Of a stretch of 64,000 bases of DNA, positions 40,265-51,335 are shown in pieces. Where the stretch lies: NCBI GenBank assembly GCA_963836185.1, contig CAWIIQ010000001.1:672001-736000 (forward strand), given 5' to 3'. Position 1 is the first letter of the stretch, and each line of letters begins with the position of its first letter. The notes below the pieces were generated by a model. It saw only the letters and a list, made by a program, of their open reading frames with translations. It had not been told where the DNA came from and did not search any database. This stretch comes from Candidatus Krumholzibacteriia bacterium (GTDB lineage Bacteria; Krumholzibacteriota; Krumholzibacteriia; Krumholzibacteriales; Krumholzibacteriaceae). Both the position numbers and the translations under genes were made by a program.

Positions 40265-43200
40265 CTATCTCAGGTAGACTATCTTGCGCGACTTGCCGTA
40301 GTCACCCGCCTGCATCCTCATGAAATAGATACCCGATGCTACGGGCCTCGACGCGTCGTCGCGTCCGTTCCAGACTACCTGCCAGGTGCCGGCGCCGCGG
40401 TCCCTGTCTTCGAGTGTGCGCACGAGCCGTCCCGCCGTATCGTATATACGGACATTCACGTGCTGAGGCTTATCGAGCGAGTATGAGATCGTCGTATGGC
40501 CGTTGAACGGGTTGGGATAATTCTGATGCAGCGCTGTCGCGAGCGGTATCTCCTCCGCGTCCGTCACATATTCCTGGATCGTGAAATAGTCACCGCTCTG
40601 TCCCGAGCCTTCGTTGAGCGAAGGATCGTACGCCGTGACACGGACGAGGCAGGAGTCTGATCCATCTGTCTCGATCGGTACGTCCCACGTGTATGAGGAG
40701 TCGTTCGGCTCGCCTGAGGCGAGCACCGTCCAGTCGGTCCCGCCGTTGAGCGAGCAGGCTATCGTCACCGAATCGACCCCGGTATCGTCGGTCGCGATCC
40801 ACTGGATCTCGATCGGATCTCCCGCCGTGAAGACCTCTCCTCCGTCGGGGTAGACGATTGTGACGACAGGATCCTCTGTGTCGGCTCCATCTGCGCAGGC
40901 AGTCACCTCGCTCGAGTAGCCGCCTGAGTACCCTGAGATGTCGACGGCACATACCTTGTAGTACCAGCACCCTTCGACAGGGTGGTGAGCGAAACTGTTC
41001 AGCGTGTTCGGGACCGTGCCGAGAAGATGCTCCGCATCGGTATCGAATCCCGATGCCGTATCGCCGAAGACTGCGAAATAGTCACCGTCAGGGATCGGAA
41101 GCATGAGCCAGGAAACGGAGATGGCGGTATCGCCTGAGGCTGCCGCGTCGCAGTTCTGGACGAAATCGGGCTGCAGCCAGAGGGTGTTAGGTCCCCCGAA
41201 CATCCCTATATCCGCTCTGGAACCGTCCGGATCATCCCCTCCGCCCGGATCGCCTCTGTCTATCCCGGGAGAGAACAGTCCGAGGTGATAGTCCGCTCCC
41301 GGCAGATCGACGTATAGCGGATCGGCGCTTATGTTCGTCGCGTCGGGGATTATCCCGATAACGTCGGCGCCGGAGTTGTTGTACGCGTTGTTGTACGTGT
41401 AGGTGATGTTGTCGGTAGTCGTCGGATGGAATCCGCTCGGAGAACCGCTGGTTAAGTTGTTGTTTCTGATCGTGAATCCCTGCGCATTGCTCAGCATCAG
41501 GTTGCCGCCGGCATAGAGGCCGCTGTTGCTGTCGATCGTATTGTTCTCGAATATGCCCCAGCAGCTGTCGGCGGAAATGCCTCCGCTGACCAGAGTTGCC
41601 GTATTGTGCGCTACCAGGGAATTGTTCATGTCAAACGCTGCGGCCTTGTGAAATATGGCTCCGCCGCTGCTGGCAGAGTTATCCGTGATCACCGCGTGGC
41701 TTATGGAGAGGGCTGACCTTTCGCTCGTTATCCCGCCTCCGGATGACGAGCATTCGTTTGAGGCGATCGTATCTCCGTCGAGGGAAAGGGACCCGAAGTG
41801 AGAGTATATCCCGGCGCCGGACACGAAGCCGGTATTCGCCGTGATGACATTTCCGGACATAGTCACTTCCGCGTTGCGCGAGCAGATCCCTCCGCCATAA
41901 CGAGTGCCGGTGAACTCCGCGTTCGGCTGCGATCCGGTGACAGTGTTGCCTGTCAACGTCGCCGTTACCTGGTAGAGGTATATCCCGCCGCCGCTCTGGG
42001 CGACGCAGTTGTTGATCGTGTTGCCGATGATCTCGACATCCCCGAGATAACAGCAGATGCCGCCTCCAGCGCTGTACTGCGTGACGTTGACGTATCCGCA
42101 GGCGTTTATCGTGTTGTCCTTGATAAGCGGTGAAGCATCGTAGGAGAATATTCCGCCGCCGTAAATACCGTTATCGGGCAGGTTGGCGAAGGTTCCTGTT
42201 CCGCCGGTTATGATGCATCCTTCGATGCCGCTTCCATCGCCGGGGACAAGTATGAAGGAGACAGGGCTCCCGATCGCAGTTGATCGTCGAGGGGTAGGTA
42301 TCCGGATCACGCGTCGTGAAGCCGACGTCCCATCCTCCCAGGATGTATACGGGACTCTGAACGGCCACATCCTCGTTGTACGTACCGGTCTCGATCATGA
42401 TCGAATCGCCGTCACTCGCTACGTCGACAGCGTCCTGTATTGACAGGGCCGCCCAGGCAGGAGTGGAATACGGGAATATATTCCCGCCTGTCGTAGAGAC
42501 GTACCGGTACGGATCGCCGAGGATCTGGAAATCGGTTTCGGTAAAATCGTGTCCGCCGACTGCCCCGCCGTACCAGGCTACGATCTTGATCCTCGATGTC
42601 GATACGGGGAGGTCGTTGACCGTCCAGATGTATGATGTCTCCAGGCCGATGAGCCCCGAGGCGATCGTATAATCGTATGAGTCTCCGCTGTTGACACTCA
42701 GCAGGATGCTGATCGAATCGGGTGTGGCGCGGTCGGTCGTCCACTGGATCTCGAAATCTTCACCCACCGGGAGTGATTCCCCGCCGGCCGGAGCGATCAG
42801 GTCGACATAAACATCAGCCAGTTCGTATACGACCTGGTAAACACCGTTGTTAATGCGGTTATTGCCGAACTTGATATAGCCGAATCCATCCTGTCCCCAG
42901 CCAAGTCCCCAGCTGTTCTTGATGATCCAGGCGCCCTCGCCGCCGCACTGGGTGTCGTCCCATCCGACAATAGTGACGGCGTGAGCCCCGGTGACCTCGT
43001 CTTCCCAGCTGAAACAGCCCTGTATGTAGTCATAGAACCTGTCCACGATGTCCAGGCTGGCGTAGACCGGCCCGCTCAGGAGGGCTTCCTTGATGTCGTC
43101 GACCTGGTTGCCGACATAGTAGTAGGTCGAGATAGTGGCGATAGCCTCGCACGAGGTCTCGGTGCAGGGAAATCCATCGTTTTCCATGTAGGGATAGCAG

Positions 43201-43730
43201 ACTTCGCTGACGCTTCCGTAACCGAGCATCACTTCATAGGCGTAGCCGGCCCATCCGCCGTCGCATCCCCTGTCTCCGGAATTACAGTCCATGATCTGCT
43301 GCTCGGAGAGGTCCTCCTCACGGTCCTCGTATATCTTTACGTGCCCTTCGAGCTGGCCGATAGCGGCGAAATCCCAGCACGATCCGCAGCTTCCCTGGTT
43401 CTTCGCGGGCGTAGTGCCGTTCATCGTCCGCCAGTCGAAGACCGGATCGTATGCAGCCCCTTCAGGAGCCTTGATAACGGGAAGGGATGATGTCTCGGAG
43501 GCCAGAGGCGGTATGTGTCCGCAAAGGACCTTTTTCTCCTCCTGCGTGAGATTGGAGACAGGAGTGGTGCCTGCCGTCCAGTGGAGCCCTTTTTCTCTGA
43601 TCTCTCTGTTGATCCGGTCGATCCGGTTCTGCTCTGTCTCCGTCCCTGCCGGTGAGGAGATGAAATAGAGCCCGGTTGCGAAAACCGCGGCGAATAACGC
43701 CGCGGAACGGACGTGCCTGAGGATTTTCAA
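40265..43730 (-). CDS. Secreted papain-like (C1A) protease + beta-helix + Ig-like + FlgD/T9SS-like tail; frameshift near 42280
   Basis: QGSCGSCW, HAVTIVGWDD, KNSWG; GGGI repeats; QNYPNPFN...ASGIYF...KIVYLR; joins ORFs 42171-43760 and 40265-42370. Confidence 0.85.
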
Positions 43731-44076
43731 TGTTCCACCTTTCGGTTGTTGTTTCGTCAATTATACCACAACAGGGGGGTATCAGCCAATATCTGATGGT
43801 AACGGTTACAGTCATCGGACAGATTAAGCCCTTCCGGGTGGAACTTTGCCCATCCGCGGGCATATAAACAGACTGTTGCCGGCCGGTCCTGCGGCATGTC
43901 CGGAATGCACGGTGTAAGGTCATGCAGAGTCGCCCGGTTACAGAGGTTTGCCCTTGAATGAAGGCGGGTTATCCGTTAATTTGACCTTCGGGGTAAACGC
44001 CTCATATTATCCGTATAAAAACGTATCCGGGCCTCATGGCCCGGGCAGGGTGTTTTAGAATGCGAGGTCAGGCCGC

Positions 44077-45069
44077 ATGAGTATCGACGTAAAGAAGATA
44101 GGCGAGAAGGTAGAAAAAGAGTCCCGGGTGCTTGCCGGTGTGAGAAGCGAGATCGAGAAGGTCATCATCGGGCAGGAGTACATGATCGAGCGGCTGCTCA
44201 TCGGGCTTCTGTGCAATAACCACGTCCTCATCGAGGGGGTGCCCGGACTGGCCAAGACCCTGGCGGTGACGACGCTGGCCGAGCTCGGTCAACGCGTCCT
44301 TCAAGACGGATACAGTTTACCCCGGACCTGCTTCCGGCCGACCTGATCGGTACGCTGATCTACAACCCCCGCAGCGGGGAATTCACCACGAAGAAGGGCC
44401 CCGTCTTCGCGAACATCATCCTTGCCGACGAGATCAACAGGGCGCCGGCGAAGGTTCAGAGCGCACTGCTCGAGGCGATGCAGGAGCGTCAGGTCACGAT
44501 CGGCGAAGAGAGCCATCCGCTGGACGATCCTTTCATGGTGCTGGCGACGCAGAACCCGATCGAGCAGGAGGGGACATATCCTCTGCCCGAGGCGCAGGTC
44601 GACAGGTTCATGCTCAAGATAAAGGTCACATATCCGAACAGGGAAGAGGAGAAGAAGATCCTCGCGAAGATGGCCGGATCGGCGACGAAGATAGACGGTC
44701 GAGCCTGTGATCGAGACATCCGACATCCTCCGCCTGCGGGCTCTTACCGATGAGATCTACATGGACGAGAAGGTCGAGGATTACATCGTCAGTATCGTCC
44801 AGGCGACGAGAGCGCCGGAGGAATTCGGCCTGGATGTCGCCTCGATGATCCAGTACGGCGCCTCTCCGAGGGCGACGATCTTCCTCGCCATGGCTTCGCG
44901 GGCCCATGCCCTCCTGCAGGGCAGGGGGTACGTCACTCCCCAGGACGTCAAATCGATCGGGATGGATGTCCTGCGGCACAGGGTCATCATCACCTACGAG
45001 GCCGAGGCGGAGGAGAAGACGCCGGAAGATATCGTCACTGCGATATTCGACAACGTCCCTGTGCCCTAG
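44077..45069 (+). CDS. moxR: MoxR family AAA+ ATPase; three apparent frameshifts
   Basis: [66 protein letters not shown] across frames. Confidence 0.9.
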
Positions 45070-45090
45070 GTTTCCCTGGATGGTGAGATC

Positions 45091-45965
45091 ATGATATCTG
45101 AAGAACTGGCTAAAAAGATAAGGATCCTGCAGATCACACGCGCAAGGTCGTCAATGACGTCCTTGCCGGCGAGTACGGGAGTGTCTTCCGCGGCCGGGGG
45201 ATGGAGTTCGACGAGGTCCGCGAGTACATGCCGGGCGACGAGATCCGCACGATCGACTGGAATGTCACCGCGCGTACAGGCACGCCGTACGTTAAGAGAT
45301 TCGTGGAGGAGAGGGAACTGACGGTGATGTTCGTGGTCGACCTGTCCGCTTCGGGCGAGTTCGGCTCGGTCAGCAAGCTGAAGAACGAGGTCGCAGCCGA
45401 GTTCTGTTCCCTTCTCGCGTTTTCCGCCGTGAAGAACAACGACAAGGTCGGGCTGATCGTATTCACCGACCAGATCGAGATGTATATCCCGCCCAAAAAG
45501 GGGACGCAGCACGTGCTGCGCGTCATCAGGGAACTGTTGAACTTCAAGCCGCGTCAGGCCAGCACCGACATCGAGGGCGCGCTCGACTTTCTCGGCAAGG
45601 TCACCAAGAAACGCTCCGTTGTCTTCCTCGTATCCGACTTCCAGGCCGAGGGATTCGAGAAACCGATGAGGGTCATCGGGAAGCGGCACGATCTTGTCGC
45701 CGTGACCGTCGTCGATCCGAGAGAGGTCAGCCTCCCCAATGTCGGCCTGGTCGAGCTGGAGGATGCCGAAACTGGGGAGATAGTCCTTGTCGATACGGGG
45801 AGCGCGGGAATCAGAAAGAAATACGAACGCCTTGGGAGGGAACAGTCGGACCGTTTCAGAGAGCTCTTCTCTTCCATGGGCGTGGACCAGATAGAGGTCA
45901 TGACAGACCGTGATTACGTGCCGAATCTCGTCAGGTTCTTCCGCACGAGGGAGAGACGTTACTGA
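45091..45965 (+). CDS. DUF58 (VWA-like) protein; frameshift near 45140
   Basis: GMEFDEVREYMPGDEIRTIDWNVTAR, VDLSAS, LVSDF. Confidence 0.9.
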
Positions 45966-45981
45966 TCTTATGGAGGAAATT

Positions 45982-47050
45982 ATGTCCGACGATCTGAAGC
46001 TATCGCTCGATTCGGTAAAAAGGGAAAAGAAGGACAGAACGGCGCTGATAATCGCCCTTCTCGTGATCTTGATCGCCCTCGCCGCGCCGAACATCGCGCA
46101 ATTCTTCAGAAGTATCGGCGGTAGCGGCGGCGACCCCGTCGTCCTCGAAAGAGTAGCGTTGAAGCTCGAGAAACAGGAGCTGTACAGCGCCGCGGCGGAG
46201 ACATGGATCGAATATATAGAGGCAGCTGCGCCGGAAAAGGATGAGCGGGCTCGTATCCTGTACCGCATCGGCCGGATGAGAGAACAGTCGGGAGACTATG
46301 AGTCGGCACTGGCTGCCTACTACAGGAGCGAACAGACCGCGGTGATCTCCGGAACTCGAGCAGGAGATATCGATGGCGGCCGAGCGATGCCTGACGAGGC
46401 TGGCGAAGTTCTCGGCTCTGCGCTCGGAGATCGCAGCCCGGACATCGATCGGTGCTGACGATGGTCCCGGGGCCGAGGTGCTTGCCGAGATAGGGGCCGA
46501 GAAGATAACGAAAGAGATGCTTCTCGCTATGATCGAGTCAGAGGTCGTCGCTCAGGTCGCCCAGACCGCGGCCGGGATGCCGGCCGACCAGGTCAGGGCC
46601 CGGCGCGAAAAGGTGTTTGAAGAGGTGATGAAGGAGACCGATCTCGGGCAGTGGCTCGAGAGGCTCATCGCGGAGGAGATCCTGTTCAGGTACGCGATGG
46701 AAGAGAATCTGCACGAGGACCCCGAGATCGCCGATATGTCCAGGCGTATAGAGCGCAACCTGCTCACGAGCCAGGTACTCGCGAGGGAGTACGCTGAATA
46801 TGTCTCAGTCACCGAAGATGAGCTGCGGGAGTGGTACAGGGCGAACGGCTCGAAACTCGCCGGAGCGGCAGGCCTCGAAGGTGGCGCGGTCCCGCCTTTC
46901 GATGAGGTGTCGGACCAGGTATACGCGGCTGTCCGCAGGGAAAAAGAGATGGCTGTGCAGTCGGCCCTTCTCGAGAAACTGATCGAGCGCTACGACGTCG
47001 TGATACATGGCGGGAAACCGGGCGGAGAGAAGAAGGAAGAGCAGCAGTAA
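45982..47050 (+). CDS. Membrane-anchored TPR + SurA/PrsA-like chaperone domain protein; frameshift near 46351
   Basis: N-terminal TM, TPR-like helices, VLAEIGAEKIT, VTEDELREWY, PFDEV. Confidence 0.6.
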
Positions 47051-47054
47051 TATT

Positions 47055-48065
47055 ATGGCCCCGAGATTACGAATATACGCATTGCTCGCATTGGCGGTCA
47101 TCGCTTCAGCGATGATCTTCTCCTGCGATGGAGATGAATCGGCCGCCCCGGAGCAGACCTGGGAGATCGACCGCGACTTTACGCGCGGACCGGTCGTCCT
47201 GCGCGTGGCGGTAAGCCGAAAAGAGCTGACGATTGCGGACCGTCTCGACCTTCTCGTCGAGACCCGTGCAGGCGCCGGCTACATAACGGAGCTCCCGCGG
47301 TTCGGCGACAAGCTCGAGGAGTTCGGGATAGTCGATTACAGGAGCGGCCCGCCCCGTCTCGACGACGATGGGACGGTTGTGACGAGCAGGACCTACGAGC
47401 TCGAGCCCTTCCTCTCGGGCGAGTATGTGATACCTCCGATGACGATATCCTTCCACGAGGAAGGCGACACCACCCTTCACTATCTCGAGTCGGACACTAT
47501 TCGCGTGATGGTCGCTTCGATCCTTCCTGAGGACCAGGAGGGACTGGAGATAAGGGAGATAACGGGTCCGGTCCGGCTGCCGGTCGATTATCGCAAGGCG
47601 CTGCTTATAGGCGCGGCGGTCCTGCTGGCGGCCGCGGCGTTAGTCTTCCTGCTCTGGCGCCGGTCAAAAAGGCTCAAGGAAGTGGCGGCCCGGGCTGTAC
47701 CGGCCCACGAGAAGGCATTTGCCCTTCTCGAGAGACTGCTTGCCGAGAAACTGGTGGAGGAAAAGAGATACGCCGAGTTTACCGCCAGGGTCTCTGACAT
47801 CCTGCGTACATATATCGAGGACAGGTTCGGGCTGAAGGCGCCTGAGAGGACGACCGAGGAGTTCCTCGCTGAGGCGGGCGACGGACTCGACGTGGATACG
47901 GAAAAGAAATCGATACTCGCGCAATTCCTCGTTCACTGCGACCTCGTCAAGTTCGCGGCGCTCGAGCCGACGGCCGATGACGTGAAGCGGACATTCGAGA
48001 CGTGCAGGGATTTTATCGACGCAACGAAAAGGGAGGAGGTGAGGGAGGCGGCCGCACAGCCTTGA
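47055..48065 (+). CDS. Bat-cluster membrane protein (BatD-like N-terminus)
   Basis: Lipobox-like IFSC, PFLSGEYVIP, TM, LRTYIEDRF..APERTTEEF, DLVKFA. Confidence 0.75.
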   Translation: MAPRLRIYALLALAVIASAMIFSCDGDESAAPEQTWEIDRDFTRGPVVLRVAVSRKELTIADRLDLLVETRAGAGYITELPRFGDKLEEFGIVDYRSGPPRLDDDGTVVTSRTYELEPFLSGEYVIPPMTISFHEEGDTTLHYLESDTIRVMVASILPEDQEGLEIREITGPVRLPVDYRKALLIGAAVLLAAAALVFLLWRRSKRLKEVAARAVPAHEKAFALLERLLAEKLVEEKRYAEFTARVSDILRTYIEDRFGLKAPERTTEEFLAEAGDGLDVDTEKKSILAQFLVHCDLVKFAALEPTADDVKRTFETCRDFIDATKREEVREAAAQP

Positions 48066-48069
48066 TCTC

Positions 48070-49131
48070 ATGAGATTCGAATCCCCATGGGCACTGCTCG
48101 CGCTTATCGCGATCCCGCTGATCCTCTTCTACCTTTCGAGGAGGAAGGGGCCGGGAAGCATACGGTTCTCCTCGATCGGCAACGCCCGCGGCGCGGGGCG
48201 CTCGCTGAGGCAGACGTTCTCGATGATGCCGCTCTTCCTGAGAGCGGCGGCGATGATCCTTCTTGTCCTGGCTCTCGCCAGGCCGCAGATGGGAAGGGAG
48301 AAGGTAAAGGACGTCACGAAGGGTGTCGCCGTCCAGATGGTCGTCGACAGGTCGAGCTCGATGTCCGCGGAGATGGATTACCGCGGTATCCGGCGCAACA
48401 GGCTCGATGTCGTCAAGAAGGTCTTCGAGGAGTTCATCATGGGCAACGGCGAGGAACTCGGCGGCCGTCCGAACGATCTCGTCGGCATGGTGGCATTCGC
48501 AAGGTACGCCGATACGATGGCGCCGCTGACTCTCGGCCACGGGGCTCTGCTGCGCTTCCTCGACCAGGTGAAGATCGTCACCCGGAGGGCCGAGGACGGC
48601 ACGGCGATAGGCGATGCCCTGGCCCTGGCGGCGGCGAGGCTGCGGACAGCGGAGGAGGATCTCGCAAAGTTCGCCTCCGGGACCGGTGAAAAGGAATACG
48701 AGATAAAGAGCAAGATCATCATCCTGCTCACAGACGGCCAGAACAACTTCGGAAAGAGGGCCCCGGAGCAGGCTGCCCAACTGGCTGCGGACTGGGGTAT
48801 CAAGGTATACACGATCGGCGTGGGAGGCGATGACGGGGTCAGCACCGTGAAGACACTCTTCGGCAATTTCAAGGTTCCGACCGGTACGAGAGTCGACACG
48901 AGACCCCTGCAGAGAGTCGCGGAGATGACGGGCGGGATATTCAGGATGGCCGGCGACGATGAATCTCTAAGAGAGGTATACGCCGAGATCGACAAGCTCG
49001 AGAAGAGCGATATCGAGTCTGTGCGTTACATAGATTACAAGGAACTCTTCGTTCCGTTCGCCCTTGTCGCGCTGATGCTGGTGATGCTCGAGGTCATCCT
49101 CTCCGCGACGGTATTCAGGAGGATCCCCTAG
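48070..49131 (+). CDS. batA: BatA-like VWA protein
   Basis: LARPQ, MIDAS DRSSSM, GTAIGDA, LLTDGQNN, IDKLEKS. Confidence 0.87.
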   Translation: MRFESPWALLALIAIPLILFYLSRRKGPGSIRFSSIGNARGAGRSLRQTFSMMPLFLRAAAMILLVLALARPQMGREKVKDVTKGVAVQMVVDRSSSMSAEMDYRGIRRNRLDVVKKVFEEFIMGNGEELGGRPNDLVGMVAFARYADTMAPLTLGHGALLRFLDQVKIVTRRAEDGTAIGDALALAAARLRTAEEDLAKFASGTGEKEYEIKSKIIILLTDGQNNFGKRAPEQAAQLAADWGIKVYTIGVGGDDGVSTVKTLFGNFKVPTGTRVDTRPLQRVAEMTGGIFRMAGDDESLREVYAEIDKLEKSDIESVRYIDYKELFVPFALVALMLVMLEVILSATVFRRIP

Positions 49132-50145
49132 ATGCACCTGGGCAACGTGAATATGCTTCTTTTTCTCTGGCTGATCCCGGCCGTGGCTGTGCTTTATTTC
49201 TACGCCTCGTGGCGCCGCGGCAAGGCAATGCGCGTTTTCATCGACGAGGGTCTCCTCGACAGGATATCGATGTCGGTAAACCAGGCGGGCAGGAGAGCCA
49301 AGGCGGGGCTGATAATAATCGCGCTGGCCTTTCTGATAGTCGCGCTGGCGCGCCCCGCATGGAATCCGAAGCCTAGAACGGTCCAGAGGAAAGGGCGGGA
49401 CATCGTATTCGTCCTAGACGTCTCGAGGTCGATGATCGCCGAGGATCTCGTTCCGAGCAGGCTGGGCAAGGCCAAATACTCGATATTGGACATGATAGAA
49501 AGCCTCGAGGGCGACAGGGTGGCGCTCGTCGTCTATGCCGGTTCCGCGGTCCTCAAGTGCCCCCTCACCCTTGACTACGGGTTCTTCAAGCTGATGCTCG
49601 AGGATGTCGATACATACAGCGTCACAAGGGGCGGTACGATGATAGGCGACGCCGTCCGTAAGGCTCTCGATGAGGCCTTCGATGACCAGGAGAAGAAGTA
49701 CAAGGATATGATACTTATCACCGACGGTGAGGATCACGATTCCTTCCCCGTCGAGGCGGCAGAAGAGGCCGGCAGGCGGGGCGTGAGGATGATCGCCATC
49801 GGTCTCGGGGACGAGGACCAGGGCAGGCGTATCCCCGTCACCGACGAAAGCGGCAGGAAGACATTCCTCAAGTACAAGGGACAGGAGGTCTGGAGCAGGC
49901 TCGATGCCGAGACGCTGCGGAAGATGGCCAACAAGACACCCGGCGGCAGATATCTCAACGTCGCGACCGGGACGATCGATCTCGGGGAGGTCTACCGCAA
50001 TCTGATAGCCGGCGAGGAGAAGCGCGAGATAGAGTCGAAGACGATCAATCTCTACGAAGAGAAATTCCAGATATTCCTTGCCTTCGCGATATTCTTTCTT
50101 GCGGTCGAGATGCTGGTCAGCGACAGGAGGCGGAAGACACAATGA
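49132..50145 (+). CDS. batB: BatB-like VWA protein
   Basis: DVSRSMIAED, PLTLDY, ITDGEDH. Confidence 0.87.
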   Translation: MHLGNVNMLLFLWLIPAVAVLYFYASWRRGKAMRVFIDEGLLDRISMSVNQAGRRAKAGLIIIALAFLIVALARPAWNPKPRTVQRKGRDIVFVLDVSRSMIAEDLVPSRLGKAKYSILDMIESLEGDRVALVVYAGSAVLKCPLTLDYGFFKLMLEDVDTYSVTRGGTMIGDAVRKALDEAFDDQEKKYKDMILITDGEDHDSFPVEAAEEAGRRGVRMIAIGLGDEDQGRRIPVTDESGRKTFLKYKGQEVWSRLDAETLRKMANKTPGGRYLNVATGTIDLGEVYRNLIAGEEKREIESKTINLYEEKFQIFLAFAIFFLAVEMLVSDRRRKTQ

Positions 50146-51269
50146 AACGCCTCACAGGATTGATAACGGCGATCGCCGTCCTCGTGATCTCGGCGCCTGT
50201 TTTCGCCGACTCGGCGGGCAGGCTCGTAAAGCGTGGAAACGACAGTTTCGATCGCGGAGATCTCGACGCGGCCACGGAGTATTACGAGCTCGCTTCGGTG
50301 AAGATCCCCGAATCTCCGATCGTCGAGTTCAATATCGGAAACGTCGAATATATGAAGGGTGATTTCGCCGCAGCCCGCAGCCGTTTTGAGACGGCCGCGC
50401 TGAAATCACGCGATCTGACGCTTGAGGCACAGGCTCTCTACAACATAGGGAACTGTGCATTCAGGCAGGGGCAGCGCCAGGCCGACAGCGATCTCGAGAA
50501 GGCGCTCGAGTTCTTCAAGGAGAGCGTGGAGTATTACGCTGCCGCTCTCGAGAAACAGCCGGGCATGCCGGATGCGGCGCACAACCTCGAGGTGGCGCGT
50601 CTTCTGATAAAGGACCTTCTCGATGCGATCAAGAAGCAGCAGGAACAGATGCAGGAACAGCAGAAGAAGCTGAGGGAAGTGGTCGACTCGCTGCTCGCGG
50701 TGATGAAGAAGCAGAACACGGCGCTCGGCAGATCGCTCGATCTCGAAGACGCGAAGGACAGGAGCACACCCGACTGGAGCGGCAAGGTCGATGGAATAAA
50801 GGATGACCAGAGCTCGATAGCCGGCAAAACAGGCGAGGTAAGCGGCATGCTTACCGACCTGTTCAAGGATCAGCAGCCGGAACAGGTGATGCAGGCCCTC
50901 GCGCACCTCGATTCCTCGATAGTCGACCAGGAAGGCGCCCTCAGCGACCTCGGCGAAAGAAAACCGGGTCTGGCCGCCACGGACCAGCAGAATTCACTCG
51001 AACAGATGAAGAAAGCTCTTGAGAAGCTGACCGAGGGCGAGGGTGATAACCAGGACCAGCAGCAGCAACAGGATCAGCAGGATCAGCAGGACCAGCAACA
51101 GCAGCAGGAGCCCCAGCAGCCCCAGCAGCCTCCTGAGGATCAGCAACAGAAGGAACAGCAGCAGGCCCGCAGTGAGACCGCAAAGGATATTCTCGACGAG
51201 GAGAAGAAGAACCGCGAGAAGAGGAAAAAGGCGGCGGGCAACTACCGCAAGGTCGACAAGGACTGGTAA
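50142..51269 (+). CDS. batC: BatC-like TPR protein with Gln-rich tail
   Basis: FNIGN, YNIGNCAF, DAAHNLE, Q-rich linker, C-terminal KDW. Confidence 0.8.
   Translation: MKRLTGLITAIAVLVISAPVFADSAGRLVKRGNDSFDRGDLDAATEYYELASVKIPESPIVEFNIGNVEYMKGDFAAARSRFETAALKSRDLTLEAQALYNIGNCAFRQGQRQADSDLEKALEFFKESVEYYAAALEKQPGMPDAAHNLEVARLLIKDLLDAIKKQQEQMQEQQKKLREVVDSLLAVMKKQNTALGRSLDLEDAKDRSTPDWSGKVDGIKDDQSSIAGKTGEVSGMLTDLFKDQQPEQVMQALAHLDSSIVDQEGALSDLGERKPGLAATDQQNSLEQMKKALEKLTEGEGDNQDQQQQQDQQDQQDQQQQQEPQQPQQPPEDQQQKEQQQARSETAKDILDEEKKNREKRKKAAGNYRKVDKDW
51049..51165 (+). repeat. Gln-rich low-complexity coding repeat
   Basis: CAG/CAA-rich units encoding QDQQQQQDQQDQQDQQQQQEPQQPQQP. Confidence 0.75.
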
Positions 51270-51335
51270 AGTGACGGAACAGGATATGGGGTTTGTCCGT
51301 ATCCCCGGTATGATATAGATTGAACGCGAGTATAT

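Noticed and set aside
43731-44076. Riboswitch or ncRNA in the long intergenic region (also 58197-58492)
   Set aside because: Only short hairpins and no family consensus recognised; divergent promoter regions are a sufficient explanation. An Rfam scan would settle it.
44270-44710. Programmed frameshifting in moxR or the decarboxylase (three +1 shifts each)
   Set aside because: No slippery sequences or stimulatory structures; same pattern as the other scattered indels.
51049-51165. CRISPR-like or contingency repeat
   Set aside because: Imperfect in-frame Gln codon run typical of BatC linkers; no spacers or cas genes.
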